Below are positions 48,330-56,603 of a stretch of 64,000 nucleotides of DNA, one piece after another. The position numbers and the translations under genes are program-made. The notes beneath the pieces are model-generated. The model worked only from the letters and a program-made list of their open reading frames with translations, made no database searches and was not told the origin of the DNA. The stretch is from a phage, in NCBI GenBank assembly GCA_024614665.1, contig GCA_024614665.1_4861.1. One strand, given 5' to 3'. Position 1 is the stretch's first letter; the number at the start of each line of letters is the position of its first letter.

Positions 48330-49151
48330 TCAGCGAAGGGCGTCGGTAGTCTTACCGTGAGAGTTAACCACGTAGACTTCGTCGCCTTTATAAAACAGTT
48401 CGTACAACGCACCGGTACTGATCTGGTTATCAGGATCGTATCCAGATTCTTCTTCGATGCACATTGCGCCAATCAGTTCATCGACTGACCGGTCGCCAGG
48501 GCGAGCGCCTTTTAAAACAGTGACAACGCACTCACCATTAACCCATTGTGAGTGTTCCTGGACATCAGTGAACTCGATAGATGGACCAGGCTCTAATTTG
48601 GCTTGTTGCAGTTCTTCCTGAGTGTAGACAATAATCGCCATGTCGCTATCAGGAGACGGCTTGTACCAACCTAATTTTTCTAAGGGCGTACCGAAACCAA
48701 CGAGTTCGCCGCAGATACTATCCATGGCTTCCGGTTCACATAAATTTGTCGCCAGTACCAAGATAGCGTTGCCCTTATTATCTAGCACGTAGCTAATAAA
48801 CTCGCGTGCGTTGCAGTTAAACACCTCGACCGTTTCCAAATCGGGGATAATAAGGTTGGGGAAAAGCTGCCTCAGGTATACGTGAGCATAAAGCTGACTT
48901 GTAGACAGGCGCTGCTGCCAGCTACAATAATCAGACAAATGCATGGTGTTCGGATCAGGCACATCAGGGGCAACGCGTTTTAACCCCGGATTAAGGGCTA
49001 ACTTTTCATCACCGACAACGATGTCGAAGCGCTCGTTCTCGAGCATTTTTAATGCCTCGCGGAATACACGAGACTTACGGTCACCGATACGAACCTTTTC
49101 ATGTTCGGTAATGATACGGTCACCATCAATCACACGTTTAACTGTAAACAT
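48330..49151 (-). CDS. hypothetical protein
   Basis: ORF 48330..49523 trimmed to ATG (MFTVKR) with AAGGAAAG SD; the longer N-terminal extension is low-complexity. Confidence 0.6.
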   Translation of the reverse strand: MFTVKRVIDGDRIITEHEKVRIGDRKSRVFREALKMLENERFDIVVGDEKLALNPGLKRVAPDVPDPNTMHLSDYCSWQQRLSTSQLYAHVYLRQLFPNLIIPDLETVEVFNCNAREFISYVLDNKGNAILVLATNLCEPEAMDSICGELVGFGTPLEKLGWYKPSPDSDMAIIVYTQEELQQAKLEPGPSIEFTDVQEHSQWVNGECVVTVLKGARPGDRSVDELIGAMCIEEESGYDPDNQISTGALYELFYKGDEVYVVNSHGKTTDALR

Positions 49152-49529
49152 GTTGCTTTCCTTCTTACTACTATTGCTGCTTCTATTGGTAGTCCACGAC
49201 ATATCCCTCGTGGGTGGGTTCGGTGTGTAACCGAATAAGTTTTTCTGTTCCCAGGGCAACGCACCAGGCTTAATTGATTTAGTTGGCAAACCAGGAACAG
49301 AAAAGGGTGAACAGACCAGGGCGCGAGGTGGCTCTGTAAGGATGCGTAAGAAAAACCCAAACGGCCCTGGTCTGTAATTTGGCCCGAAGTCACCGTGTCG
49401 GAGGACAGCCCATGCAGGTAGGCGGCAATGGACACGGTGACCGCGGAAGTGGTTCGTGTTACCCTTGACCCGTGTGTGGATACGCGTCTTATTTCGAATG
49501 CCTTCGGGATAAGGATAACACAAATGGGG

Positions 49530-49605
49530 CGAGCAAACGGACGGATTCGAACCGTCGAAATATCCGATTATGAGTCGGGTGTTAATTCCTCTAACTTCGC
49601 TGCTC
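49530..49605 (-). tRNA. tRNA-like, anticodon CAU (Met or Ile2), imperfect acceptor stem
   Basis: T-arm GACGG-TTCGAAT-CCGTC, anticodon loop CTCATAA, D-arm GTTA..TAAC; acceptor pairing imperfect. Confidence 0.5.
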
Positions 49606-49606
49606 T

Positions 49607-49675
49607 TGCTTTGACCGGTCTCGAACCGGCGACCTTCCTCAAAGAGGTTGCTCTACCTACCTGAGCTACAAAGCC
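49607..49675 (-). tRNA. atypical tRNA-like element (about 69 nt), anticodon uncertain
   Basis: Acceptor GGCTTTG/CAAAGC, D-arm TAGCTCAGGTAGGTAGAGC, T-arm GCCGG-TTCGAGA-CCGGT; anticodon/variable region 3-4 nt too short. Confidence 0.4.
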
Positions 49676-50450
49676 ATTGTAAGGTGCCGGTGCATCCCGG
49701 CGTGTGTTAGTGCAGTCAGCTCCCTCGGGCCTATCTGCGGCAACACGTTGCCCGGCGCACCGACATATACCACAGTAACCTCGTAAAGTCACTCTGGTAT
49801 TGTTCGTTGCATATTACTAAGTTATCACGTAAACGATTTCACCACTTCCAATAATTAACCTAAATTCATTTCTGAATGCAGGTGATGGACTTCTTCTTCT
49901 GAGCCTGGCCATAAGGTCAGGTCTTAGCGTCTCCAAGCACCACCCGCTATCACGTACATTCGTGGCGTACCGGCCGTATGAGGTACCGCGCCTACGGTGA
50001 CACACAGTCACCCTAACACTGGGAACTCAATCCCATTTGATTATCAGATTGTGGATTTACAGGCGTAGCGTAGCGGCTTAATGGGCCGGTGCTTGCCTGT
50101 CCCCTAGGGACGGTTGTCGTGGAGACGCCAGTCTGTAAGTGGGGCCCTTACGGGAAAACCCATCGCCTGTAAACCAAACATGACTGAATACCCAGAACCG
50201 GACGTTTGAAATCAACATCCTGATGTACTGGAGTATTTCATGCATAAACGTGTCTCGTATCGAATGAGGTTATGACCGGTCAGATACCCAGCATCCTGTA
50301 CAAGCGACCTGGTGCTTTGTGTACCTGGCTGCTACGGATTTATCGGTTTACCGTAGGTCTGAGCTGCTACCGGCTCATGCGGGACATCAACCCGCACAAT
50401 CTGAGTAAGTATCATGGCTCGAATAGGGTTAGTGGGCCGAAGCCCACTGT

Positions 50451-50693
50451 TTAGCCAGCATTGAACGATTCATGAACGACGGTCCCAGCAGGATAGTGCG
50501 TAGTGCCGATAAGAGTAACGGTCAGGGTAAGCCCTTCATCCCAGCGCTCTTTCGGTAACCAGCGGCAGTCCATCCAATGACCACAGTCGGGAGGAATTGC
50601 ACACGCGGCTTGCTCCGTAGGAGCCGCCACGATTATGGAATCAAATTCATCGTACCCGATATCGTCAGTTCGTTCTAGCAAGTACAAATTCAT
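50451..50693 (-). CDS. hypothetical small protein
   Basis: 80-aa ORF with GGAGAA SD, just downstream of tRNA-Trp. Confidence 0.5.
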   Translation of the reverse strand: MNLYLLERTDDIGYDEFDSIIVAAPTEQAACAIPPDCGHWMDCRWLPKERWDEGLTLTVTLIGTTHYPAGTVVHESFNAG

Positions 50694-50757
50694 GTTGTTC
50701 TCCTACAGTTGACAAATCTGTGTCTTCTGTGTTGAACCTGAATTCGTTGGCTAAATG

Positions 50758-50834
50758 TGGCGGGGGCACGAGGTTTCGAACCTCGAACCTTCGGTTTTGG
50801 AGACCGGTGCGCTACCAATTGCGCCATACCCCCA
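50758..50834 (-). tRNA. tRNA-Trp (anticodon CCA)
   Basis: Minus-strand GGGGGTATGGCGCAATTGGTAGCGCACCGGTCTCCAAAACCGAAGGTTCGAGGTTCGAAACCTCGTGCCCCCGCCA: canonical cloverleaf, loop CTCCAAA, 3' CCA encoded. Confidence 0.85.
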
Positions 50835-50926
50835 GAATTCTTTAAACGTGTTTATACGGATGCGCTACCCCGTTATCGCAGGCGATTGATGGGGTCAAGC
50901 TTGCGTGCTTCTGACTCCCGCATGAT

Positions 50927-51418
50927 TCACCTCCGTAGTTCGTAAGTGCTAATCTCACCACCGGTGTAGATATCGCATTCGGACGCAATCTCAACAGCAC
51001 GAACCGCATTCGCGCCCATCTTCATCGCACCCAACGCGTACTCGTAACCGCTTCCGGTTGCCAGAGGTGGTGTGGCTTCACTCCACCACAACGACACGTC
51101 GTCTTCACGCTTCCCACCGACTATCGCTTTCCCTGAGGCCAGAAGCATCAGGAAAGTAAAATCCATCTTCGCAGGTAACTGCGAGCTTTGTGTTAACCCC
51201 TTGTAGCCGGGTCTCAAGCGGATAGTTTCCAGCAGGGCCAATTGTCCTGTGATGTCGCCGCTTACCCCGAACACCACAATTCGTTCACCGGTAATCCACC
51301 ACTCCTCGTCAGGAGGACAGACGAATAACTTCTGGGTATTCAGGTTGCAGATATTCGACCCACGGGTTAACTGGCCGTCAGCAGCTAAGACTTTTCCATC
51401 GAACGCTATCGTGGTCAT
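50927..51418 (-). CDS. HslV-like N-terminal-nucleophile peptidase
   Basis: MTTIAFDGK..AADGQLT..VFGVSG..TGSGYEYA..ASECDIYTGGE resembles E. coli HslV including Thr directly after initiator Met; GGAGA SD. Confidence 0.7.
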   Translation of the reverse strand: MTTIAFDGKVLAADGQLTRGSNICNLNTQKLFVCPPDEEWWITGERIVVFGVSGDITGQLALLETIRLRPGYKGLTQSSQLPAKMDFTFLMLLASGKAIVGGKREDDVSLWWSEATPPLATGSGYEYALGAMKMGANAVRAVEIASECDIYTGGEISTYELRR

Positions 51419-52388
51419 GATTTAATTCTCCGTTTGGTTTATCATACCTCACGCAGAATCTGTAAATTTTAATCAGCCAGGTACCGTCGTTTCTCAACGG
51501 GAGTACCCACCCCTCTCGTCTGTTCCGAGCCGCCAAGATTTGGACCAACCTCCTCGTCGGAGTTATCCCCCAAGTCTGCGGTTCTACACGCAGACCCCTT
51601 TTCGACGCAACGCCGAATTCGAATCAGTTTTGGCCCGACGCCAGAGCGGAATCAGCGATAACTATCGGAGGTAAGTTCAACGACGTCTCTCCGCTGCCCA
51701 GTCCTCTGGCGCTGCCACGGTCAACTCGGATTTTGTCATGGGTGCGCAGTCGACTTTCTCGACACTCTCGCAAACCGAACTACGCCCGACGTAGCACCGT
51801 CGGCAGGTCGGTTATTTACCGAGTACCTGAATGGGTGGTGATTGTCGGAATCCCCGCCGACGCTCACCGGTTCTGTTCCACGGCGAAAGTTTTCCAGAAC
51901 ATAATAAATCACGCAGTGTTAGATTGCGCTTTGTCGAAGACACCACGGTAGGTATTTTCGAAAAAGCGTCCTGGGTAACAATCCCAGGACTTGGAGCCCT
52001 AGCGTGCAGGGTTTAAAAGTGATTGGACCATTGGCGCGGTCAATCGCTATTCGCATATAACAACAAACTCACGTAATCAAAAAATTACCGGCTCGAGGCG
52101 TAGGCGTCCAGGAGCCGGTGAGTCACACAGCAGTGAGTCCCTCTGCGGGGATTTTCGTGGAGCTTGTCGTTGGAATAAAAATCCGTCCCCGGACGGGTTG
52201 GTGGTGTGGGTCGACTTGTCAGAGTCTGCCGTCCAGGGAGGCGGCCACCGAAGCTATGGGTTTTGGACATCGAGTGGTGGTCTGAACACACGATAGGGAA
52301 ACCACGTAAAAAATACACAGGGTACCCAAACCAGGACGTCTGTCCGATCACGATCTCTTAATAAGGATCACGCGCGCGCCCGCACGCG

Positions 52389-52497
52389 TTTTAAGATCTT
52401 AATATATTAATATATTTATTTATATAAATAATTATAATAATTAAATATAATACCTAAAGGTATTATTATATTTAATATTATTATATATTTTAAAAGA
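52389..52497. repeat. 109-bp almost pure AT island with internal palindromes, flanked by alternating CG tracts and ATAAGGA direct repeats
   Basis: Perfect 16-bp palindrome TTATTTATATAAATAA at 52416-52431; CG tracts 52369-52388 and 52511-52532; ATAAGGA at 52361-52367 and 52533-52539. Confidence 0.7.
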
Positions 52498-53124
52498 TCC
52501 TGGAGGATACGGGTGTGCGCACGCGCACGCGTATAAGGAAAGGGTCTTCGACCCGATCCACAGGATCGATCTAAAAAACAATCTAAGTGATTGTTTTAAA
52601 AAGAAATTTTGAGAATTAGATTAAATTATCCCCTAAGGGGGATTTTAGAGTGAGTTAAACAACCCAAAGAACTCGTAAGTAACCGACAGTGTGTGTCGGT
52701 TACAGAACGATCCAGTTTTCACCCAGACATGGCACGAAGTGCTACCCAACGTGTGATCGTCGTCGCCGGCCGCGACCGTCACCTCGGAGCCGAAACGGGA
52801 ATGGCACTCTCGCGCTCTCAACGGCCCGCTGGCGCGATTTTCCGGTAGGGGGAACCCAAGTGTACTGGGTCAGGTATAAATCTCGTTCTAGCGCTTTCTA
52901 GAGCGTTTTTAATAACTGGTTAAAAAACATACAATCCTGAATCCACATTCCCTGAATTTCCTCGCCCCGACAAAAATAAATTCTCTGTCTCGATACATAA
53001 CCCCCTCTAAAACGCACGTAACCGACCCTAGAAAACGATAAACTGCCAAAAACGAGCTACCCTACATCCAGACCACTTAATCGTTTTCTGACGTCTCCTA
53101 GACCCCCTTTAACCGGCCGGTTAA

Positions 53125-53184
53125 AAAATAATCAAAAAAAAATAAAAAAAATAAGATTGGCGTACTCCCCGAAGAGAGTACGCC
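53125..53184 (-). terminator. intrinsic terminator
   Basis: Hairpin GGCGTACTC-loop-GAGTACGCC followed on minus strand by long T-run. Confidence 0.65.
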
Positions 53185-53191
53185 TAGTGAC

Positions 53192-53701
53192 TTAACACTT
53201 GATGGTATAGCCATCAAGGCCAAGGTGTACTGGTTTTATCCATAACCCTGGCTCCCCGAAAATATTCAGGTCGTAAGTTTGGTAATGCATGATCTTTGCA
53301 GGAACATGCACACCCATGCGCTGCAGAAATTCCCAGACGGCGATGTAGCGTTCACGTGTGATGAACATTAACCCGGAGTCGAACCCGGAACCGATGTCTA
53401 AGAAATTACCAAGAGAACTGTCAAAACTTGACACACCATCTTGAGTAAGTGCGACCAACCCTTTAGTTAAATCTCTGTGGTTGTCAATGAAGTTACAGAG
53501 ATCTACGATGGTTATTTGACCGTAAATACGACGGAGGACGGCAGCAACAGCCAAAATCTCGCTGGTATTTCCGTAGTCACCTAAAGGGTTATGGTCCATC
53601 ATCGCAGTAATTATGCTTGTGTCACAGAGGTCGATTAACCGCTGGTCGTGTACCACCAGGTTAAGACCTTGCCCCACCCGCATGGTTGGCGCAGTAAACA
53701 T
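53192..53701 (-). CDS. hypothetical protein
   Basis: Start set at ATG (MFTAPTMRV) with AAGGAG SD; terminator downstream. Confidence 0.65.
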   Translation of the reverse strand: MFTAPTMRVGQGLNLVVHDQRLIDLCDTSIITAMMDHNPLGDYGNTSEILAVAAVLRRIYGQITIVDLCNFIDNHRDLTKGLVALTQDGVSSFDSSLGNFLDIGSGFDSGLMFITRERYIAVWEFLQRMGVHVPAKIMHYQTYDLNIFGEPGLWIKPVHLGLDGYTIKC

Positions 53702-53711
53702 AGGATGCTCC

Positions 53712-54845
53712 TTACGTTTTGACTGACTGTGAAGGTAATCTGGCATCGTACATTAAAAAGATTTCCAGCAGGCTCATACCCGTCGCGTAAAAGATTTGGT
53801 CTGTGATGACACTCACTAACGCTTCCGGGTCTATTGCATCTACCGCAAAATCACTGTCGAACTGCCAGAACTCGACGTCATCCCCCTTTTCAAACATTGC
53901 GGCATATAGTCCAGGTTTTACACCACGCCGGAACGAAAAGAGTTTTGCGTCAGACTCAGTGTCCTTACCATAGATTTCCCCATCAGTCCGTGTGATCGCT
54001 GCACGTTTACACCGAGTTACCGTAAGGAGCGCACGGTTTGCAGATGCTTGCGATTTAAACGGATAGGGGCCATCGTATGTCGGGACATTCTGGTCGCCTA
54101 AGGCATCAAGTGCCTTACTCCGATAGACTACCGGAGACTTAAAATTACACAGTCGATTCCCTTCGGTAAACATTGTGTATTCGACCTTAACGTCGGTACC
54201 GACGAGGTCAGCAGGGGACACTTTGTAGTGTGCTAATTGTCCCTGCACGCGGCGAGAAAGCATCGATGCCAGGAACGTGTGGTTGCCCTGTGTGCGCAAG
54301 ACATACCCAAACTCTGTGCAGTCGATGATACGAGCGTCCATACGTCGTACAGGCTCCAGCCGGTAAGTCACATCATTCGCTTCGATAAGAAACTGACTGA
54401 TGCTAACATCGCGAGATCGATGTTTGATTGCTTCAAACACTTCACCCGCTTCCAGAATGGCTGGTTCAATTACATTGACCTGGAATGGGAGGGGTTTCGT
54501 CGGCCGTTGACCCATTGTTGTCACTGTCATCGAACGTAGCCATGGATCGTCCTCGCTAGGGTCATTGGAAAGCCAATGTGTTAACCAGCGAGAAAGGTTC
54601 TGTGGAATCGTTGCGGTAGAATATAAAATCACGGTACCCATTATGCCTGCATCGGCCAGCAAGCGTGCGAGTACCGTGTTCATCGAATCGTATTTACCAT
54701 TTCGAAGAATAGGTAATCCTCCGACCTGGACCATTTCGCAGATGACGCCGTGCGGCAGCACCCACATCTTCACTTGTTGGGCAGAATGTATCTGTCCCGT
54801 GCGTAGCTTTTCCTGCCACGCGTGCTTACGTTCATAGTTCATCAT
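53712..54845 (-). CDS. hypothetical protein
   Basis: 377-aa ORF. Confidence 0.7.
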   Translation of the reverse strand: MMNYERKHAWQEKLRTGQIHSAQQVKMWVLPHGVICEMVQVGGLPILRNGKYDSMNTVLARLLADAGIMGTVILYSTATIPQNLSRWLTHWLSNDPSEDDPWLRSMTVTTMGQRPTKPLPFQVNVIEPAILEAGEVFEAIKHRSRDVSISQFLIEANDVTYRLEPVRRMDARIIDCTEFGYVLRTQGNHTFLASMLSRRVQGQLAHYKVSPADLVGTDVKVEYTMFTEGNRLCNFKSPVVYRSKALDALGDQNVPTYDGPYPFKSQASANRALLTVTRCKRAAITRTDGEIYGKDTESDAKLFSFRRGVKPGLYAAMFEKGDDVEFWQFDSDFAVDAIDPEALVSVITDQIFYATGMSLLEIFLMYDARLPSQSVKT

Positions 54846-54917
54846 TGGGTAAAATCTCCTTCAGGTATACTCTCAGTATGATAACATATATCCGTAAATT
54901 TTTAGAGGTTTAGCGCC

Positions 54918-56294
54918 ATGTCTGAATTGGTTTATGATTTCAGTGCCGGTTGTTATCGTGATACCGGAGCGAAGGTTGCCGTCGAATCATTCGGACGTGA
55001 CCCATTCTTCGACGATGACACGTATTCTACGGGCTTGTATTACGACTATGGTTTTGGCGGTTACGTTCCGATGGGGCTGGTAGTTGCTGCAGAAGCCATG
55101 AAGAATGACCGATTACGTAAAGTGTTTGACGAATGTTTTAAACACGTCGTTATCGATCGTCGTTTTGCAAAGCAAATTCAACTTCACGTGGATAACATTC
55201 TTAAACGTGAAGGCAATGTGGAGTGGCTAGGGTCTAATCTATTAGGCGTCCACACCATTCGTTTCTACGATTCTGACCGTAACCGCTTTTTTGAAGATGT
55301 CTTGAAAGTGGATGAAGATTATCTGTTCGAGATGATTAAAGAATCAGGTACGATTAACACCGACTGGGCAGTGGCGGGTGATCCGTATAACCTCTCTACG
55401 GTGTATACTCTACATCGAATGATGTCGAAATTCGCCGATCGTGAAATCCACGCCGCGGCGGTATCGTTAGTAACGCTTCTGCAATTCAAATTCTACTCCA
55501 GTATATATTATCACTTCTTCCCCAAGCCGGTCGACATGGCCGCTGCCGACGCCGCATACTCGATGTTGTCGTTAAAGTTCGATATCCGTCGTTTAGGCAA
55601 CTGGGGTCTGCACATGCAGGAGCGTTCAGAATACTTCTGTTCTCCGGAGTACCCAAACTACGACGCGGTTAAACGTTTTGATACGCCAGACCTGGTATTG
55701 CGTTTTATCACCGACCTGAACACCCGTACCAAACAAACCGTGAAGGACTATTACGCGGTGCTGGACAAAGTGCGTCGTGATAACAGTCGTGTGATTACGC
55801 AGTCAACCCGAATTGAGTTAGACGGCGAATCGATTATCCGTGACAAAGTGGGTGCACTGGATATCGCTAAGCAGAATCTGTTCGATGCGTCTTACGATAT
55901 CAACAATCTTTACAAAGAGCAATTAGCAAAAGTGGTGTTGGAGCTAGTACCCAAAGCATCTCCCGCGGCACTGAAAACTTTGCTGGCGTATATTGCAAGT
56001 CTACCGCTTGGCAAAAAGCGCGATGAGATTAACGCTATCATGGAGGACACGCTATCGCACGCGTTCGACGAAATTGTTACTTCTCGTCTGAACTTTAACG
56101 ATGCGAGTACGGTTCTACTGCGTATGCGTTCGTTGTACCAGGCTTCGAAGTCCCCCAATCCGTACGTGTTATCGTTACGTGAACGTATTGAGAAACTGGC
56201 TGCACGAGAAACACATATCCGCCATGAAGCCGCATTGGCCGCTTTGCGTAATGCGTTGTTGTTGTACTTCTTGATCCGCTCTTTGCAGAAATAA
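54918..56294 (+). CDS. hypothetical protein
   Basis: 458-aa ORF followed by terminator. Confidence 0.75.
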   Translation: MSELVYDFSAGCYRDTGAKVAVESFGRDPFFDDDTYSTGLYYDYGFGGYVPMGLVVAAEAMKNDRLRKVFDECFKHVVIDRRFAKQIQLHVDNILKREGNVEWLGSNLLGVHTIRFYDSDRNRFFEDVLKVDEDYLFEMIKESGTINTDWAVAGDPYNLSTVYTLHRMMSKFADREIHAAAVSLVTLLQFKFYSSIYYHFFPKPVDMAAADAAYSMLSLKFDIRRLGNWGLHMQERSEYFCSPEYPNYDAVKRFDTPDLVLRFITDLNTRTKQTVKDYYAVLDKVRRDNSRVITQSTRIELDGESIIRDKVGALDIAKQNLFDASYDINNLYKEQLAKVVLELVPKASPAALKTLLAYIASLPLGKKRDEINAIMEDTLSHAFDEIVTSRLNFNDASTVLLRMRSLYQASKSPNPYVLSLRERIEKLAARETHIRHEAALAALRNALLLYFLIRSLQK

Positions 56295-56302
56295 AATAAA
56301 AT

Positions 56303-56346
56303 GCCACCTCTCCAGTTTCGGAGAGGTGGCTACGTCGTATTTTTTC
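56303..56346 (+). terminator. intrinsic terminator
   Basis: Hairpin GCCACCTCTCC-AGTTTC-GGAGAGGTGGC followed by T-run. Confidence 0.7.
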
Positions 56347-56360
56347 GAGTTAAAGTTGAT

Positions 56361-56603
56361 TCAGGCGAGTGCTCCCGATACGGCAACTTGATGTAGGGTA
56401 TACACAACGTGTAGCCCCGCGGTCGATAGTCCACCGATAAGCAATACGCCAAAGCTACAGGTGATCTGTCCGAGCCGCATTGTGCGTGTGCAGACATCGT
56501 GGCTTTGTGCGTGGATGCGTATTACTTCGATGGTGTGGCGTAAGCCAAAGTACAGGCAAATCCACATTACCATCACGATTGCATAGTAGAGTTGAGTCAT
56601 CAC
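56361..56603 (-). CDS. small membrane protein (two hydrophobic segments)
   Basis: 80-aa ORF with segments YYAIVMVMWICLYFGL and FGVLLIGGLSTAGLHVVY; 4-nt overlap with terminase stop. Confidence 0.5.
   Translation of the reverse strand: MMTQLYYAIVMVMWICLYFGLRHTIEVIRIHAQSHDVCTRTMRLGQITCSFGVLLIGGLSTAGLHVVYTLHQVAVSGALA

Noticed and set aside
49152-49523. N-terminal 124-aa extension of ORF 48330..49523
   Set aside because: Low-complexity translation with no SD; a strong SD plus ATG at 49151 gives a cleaner start; the upstream stretch is more likely structured non-coding sequence.
49428-49664. Plus-strand ORF of 78 aa
   Set aside because: Overlaps the two tRNA-like elements on the opposite strand.
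52085-52351. Small ORFs in the 51.4-53.2 kb region (for example 52085..52351 minus, 51733..51951 plus)
   Set aside because: No SD and Pro/Arg/Thr-rich junk-like translations in a region dominated by inverted repeats; more likely non-coding.
52361-52539. AT island as an insertion sequence or MITE
   Set aside because: No transposase and no clear terminal inverted repeats; the flanking 7-bp direct repeats are noted in the findings but are not enough to call a mobile element.
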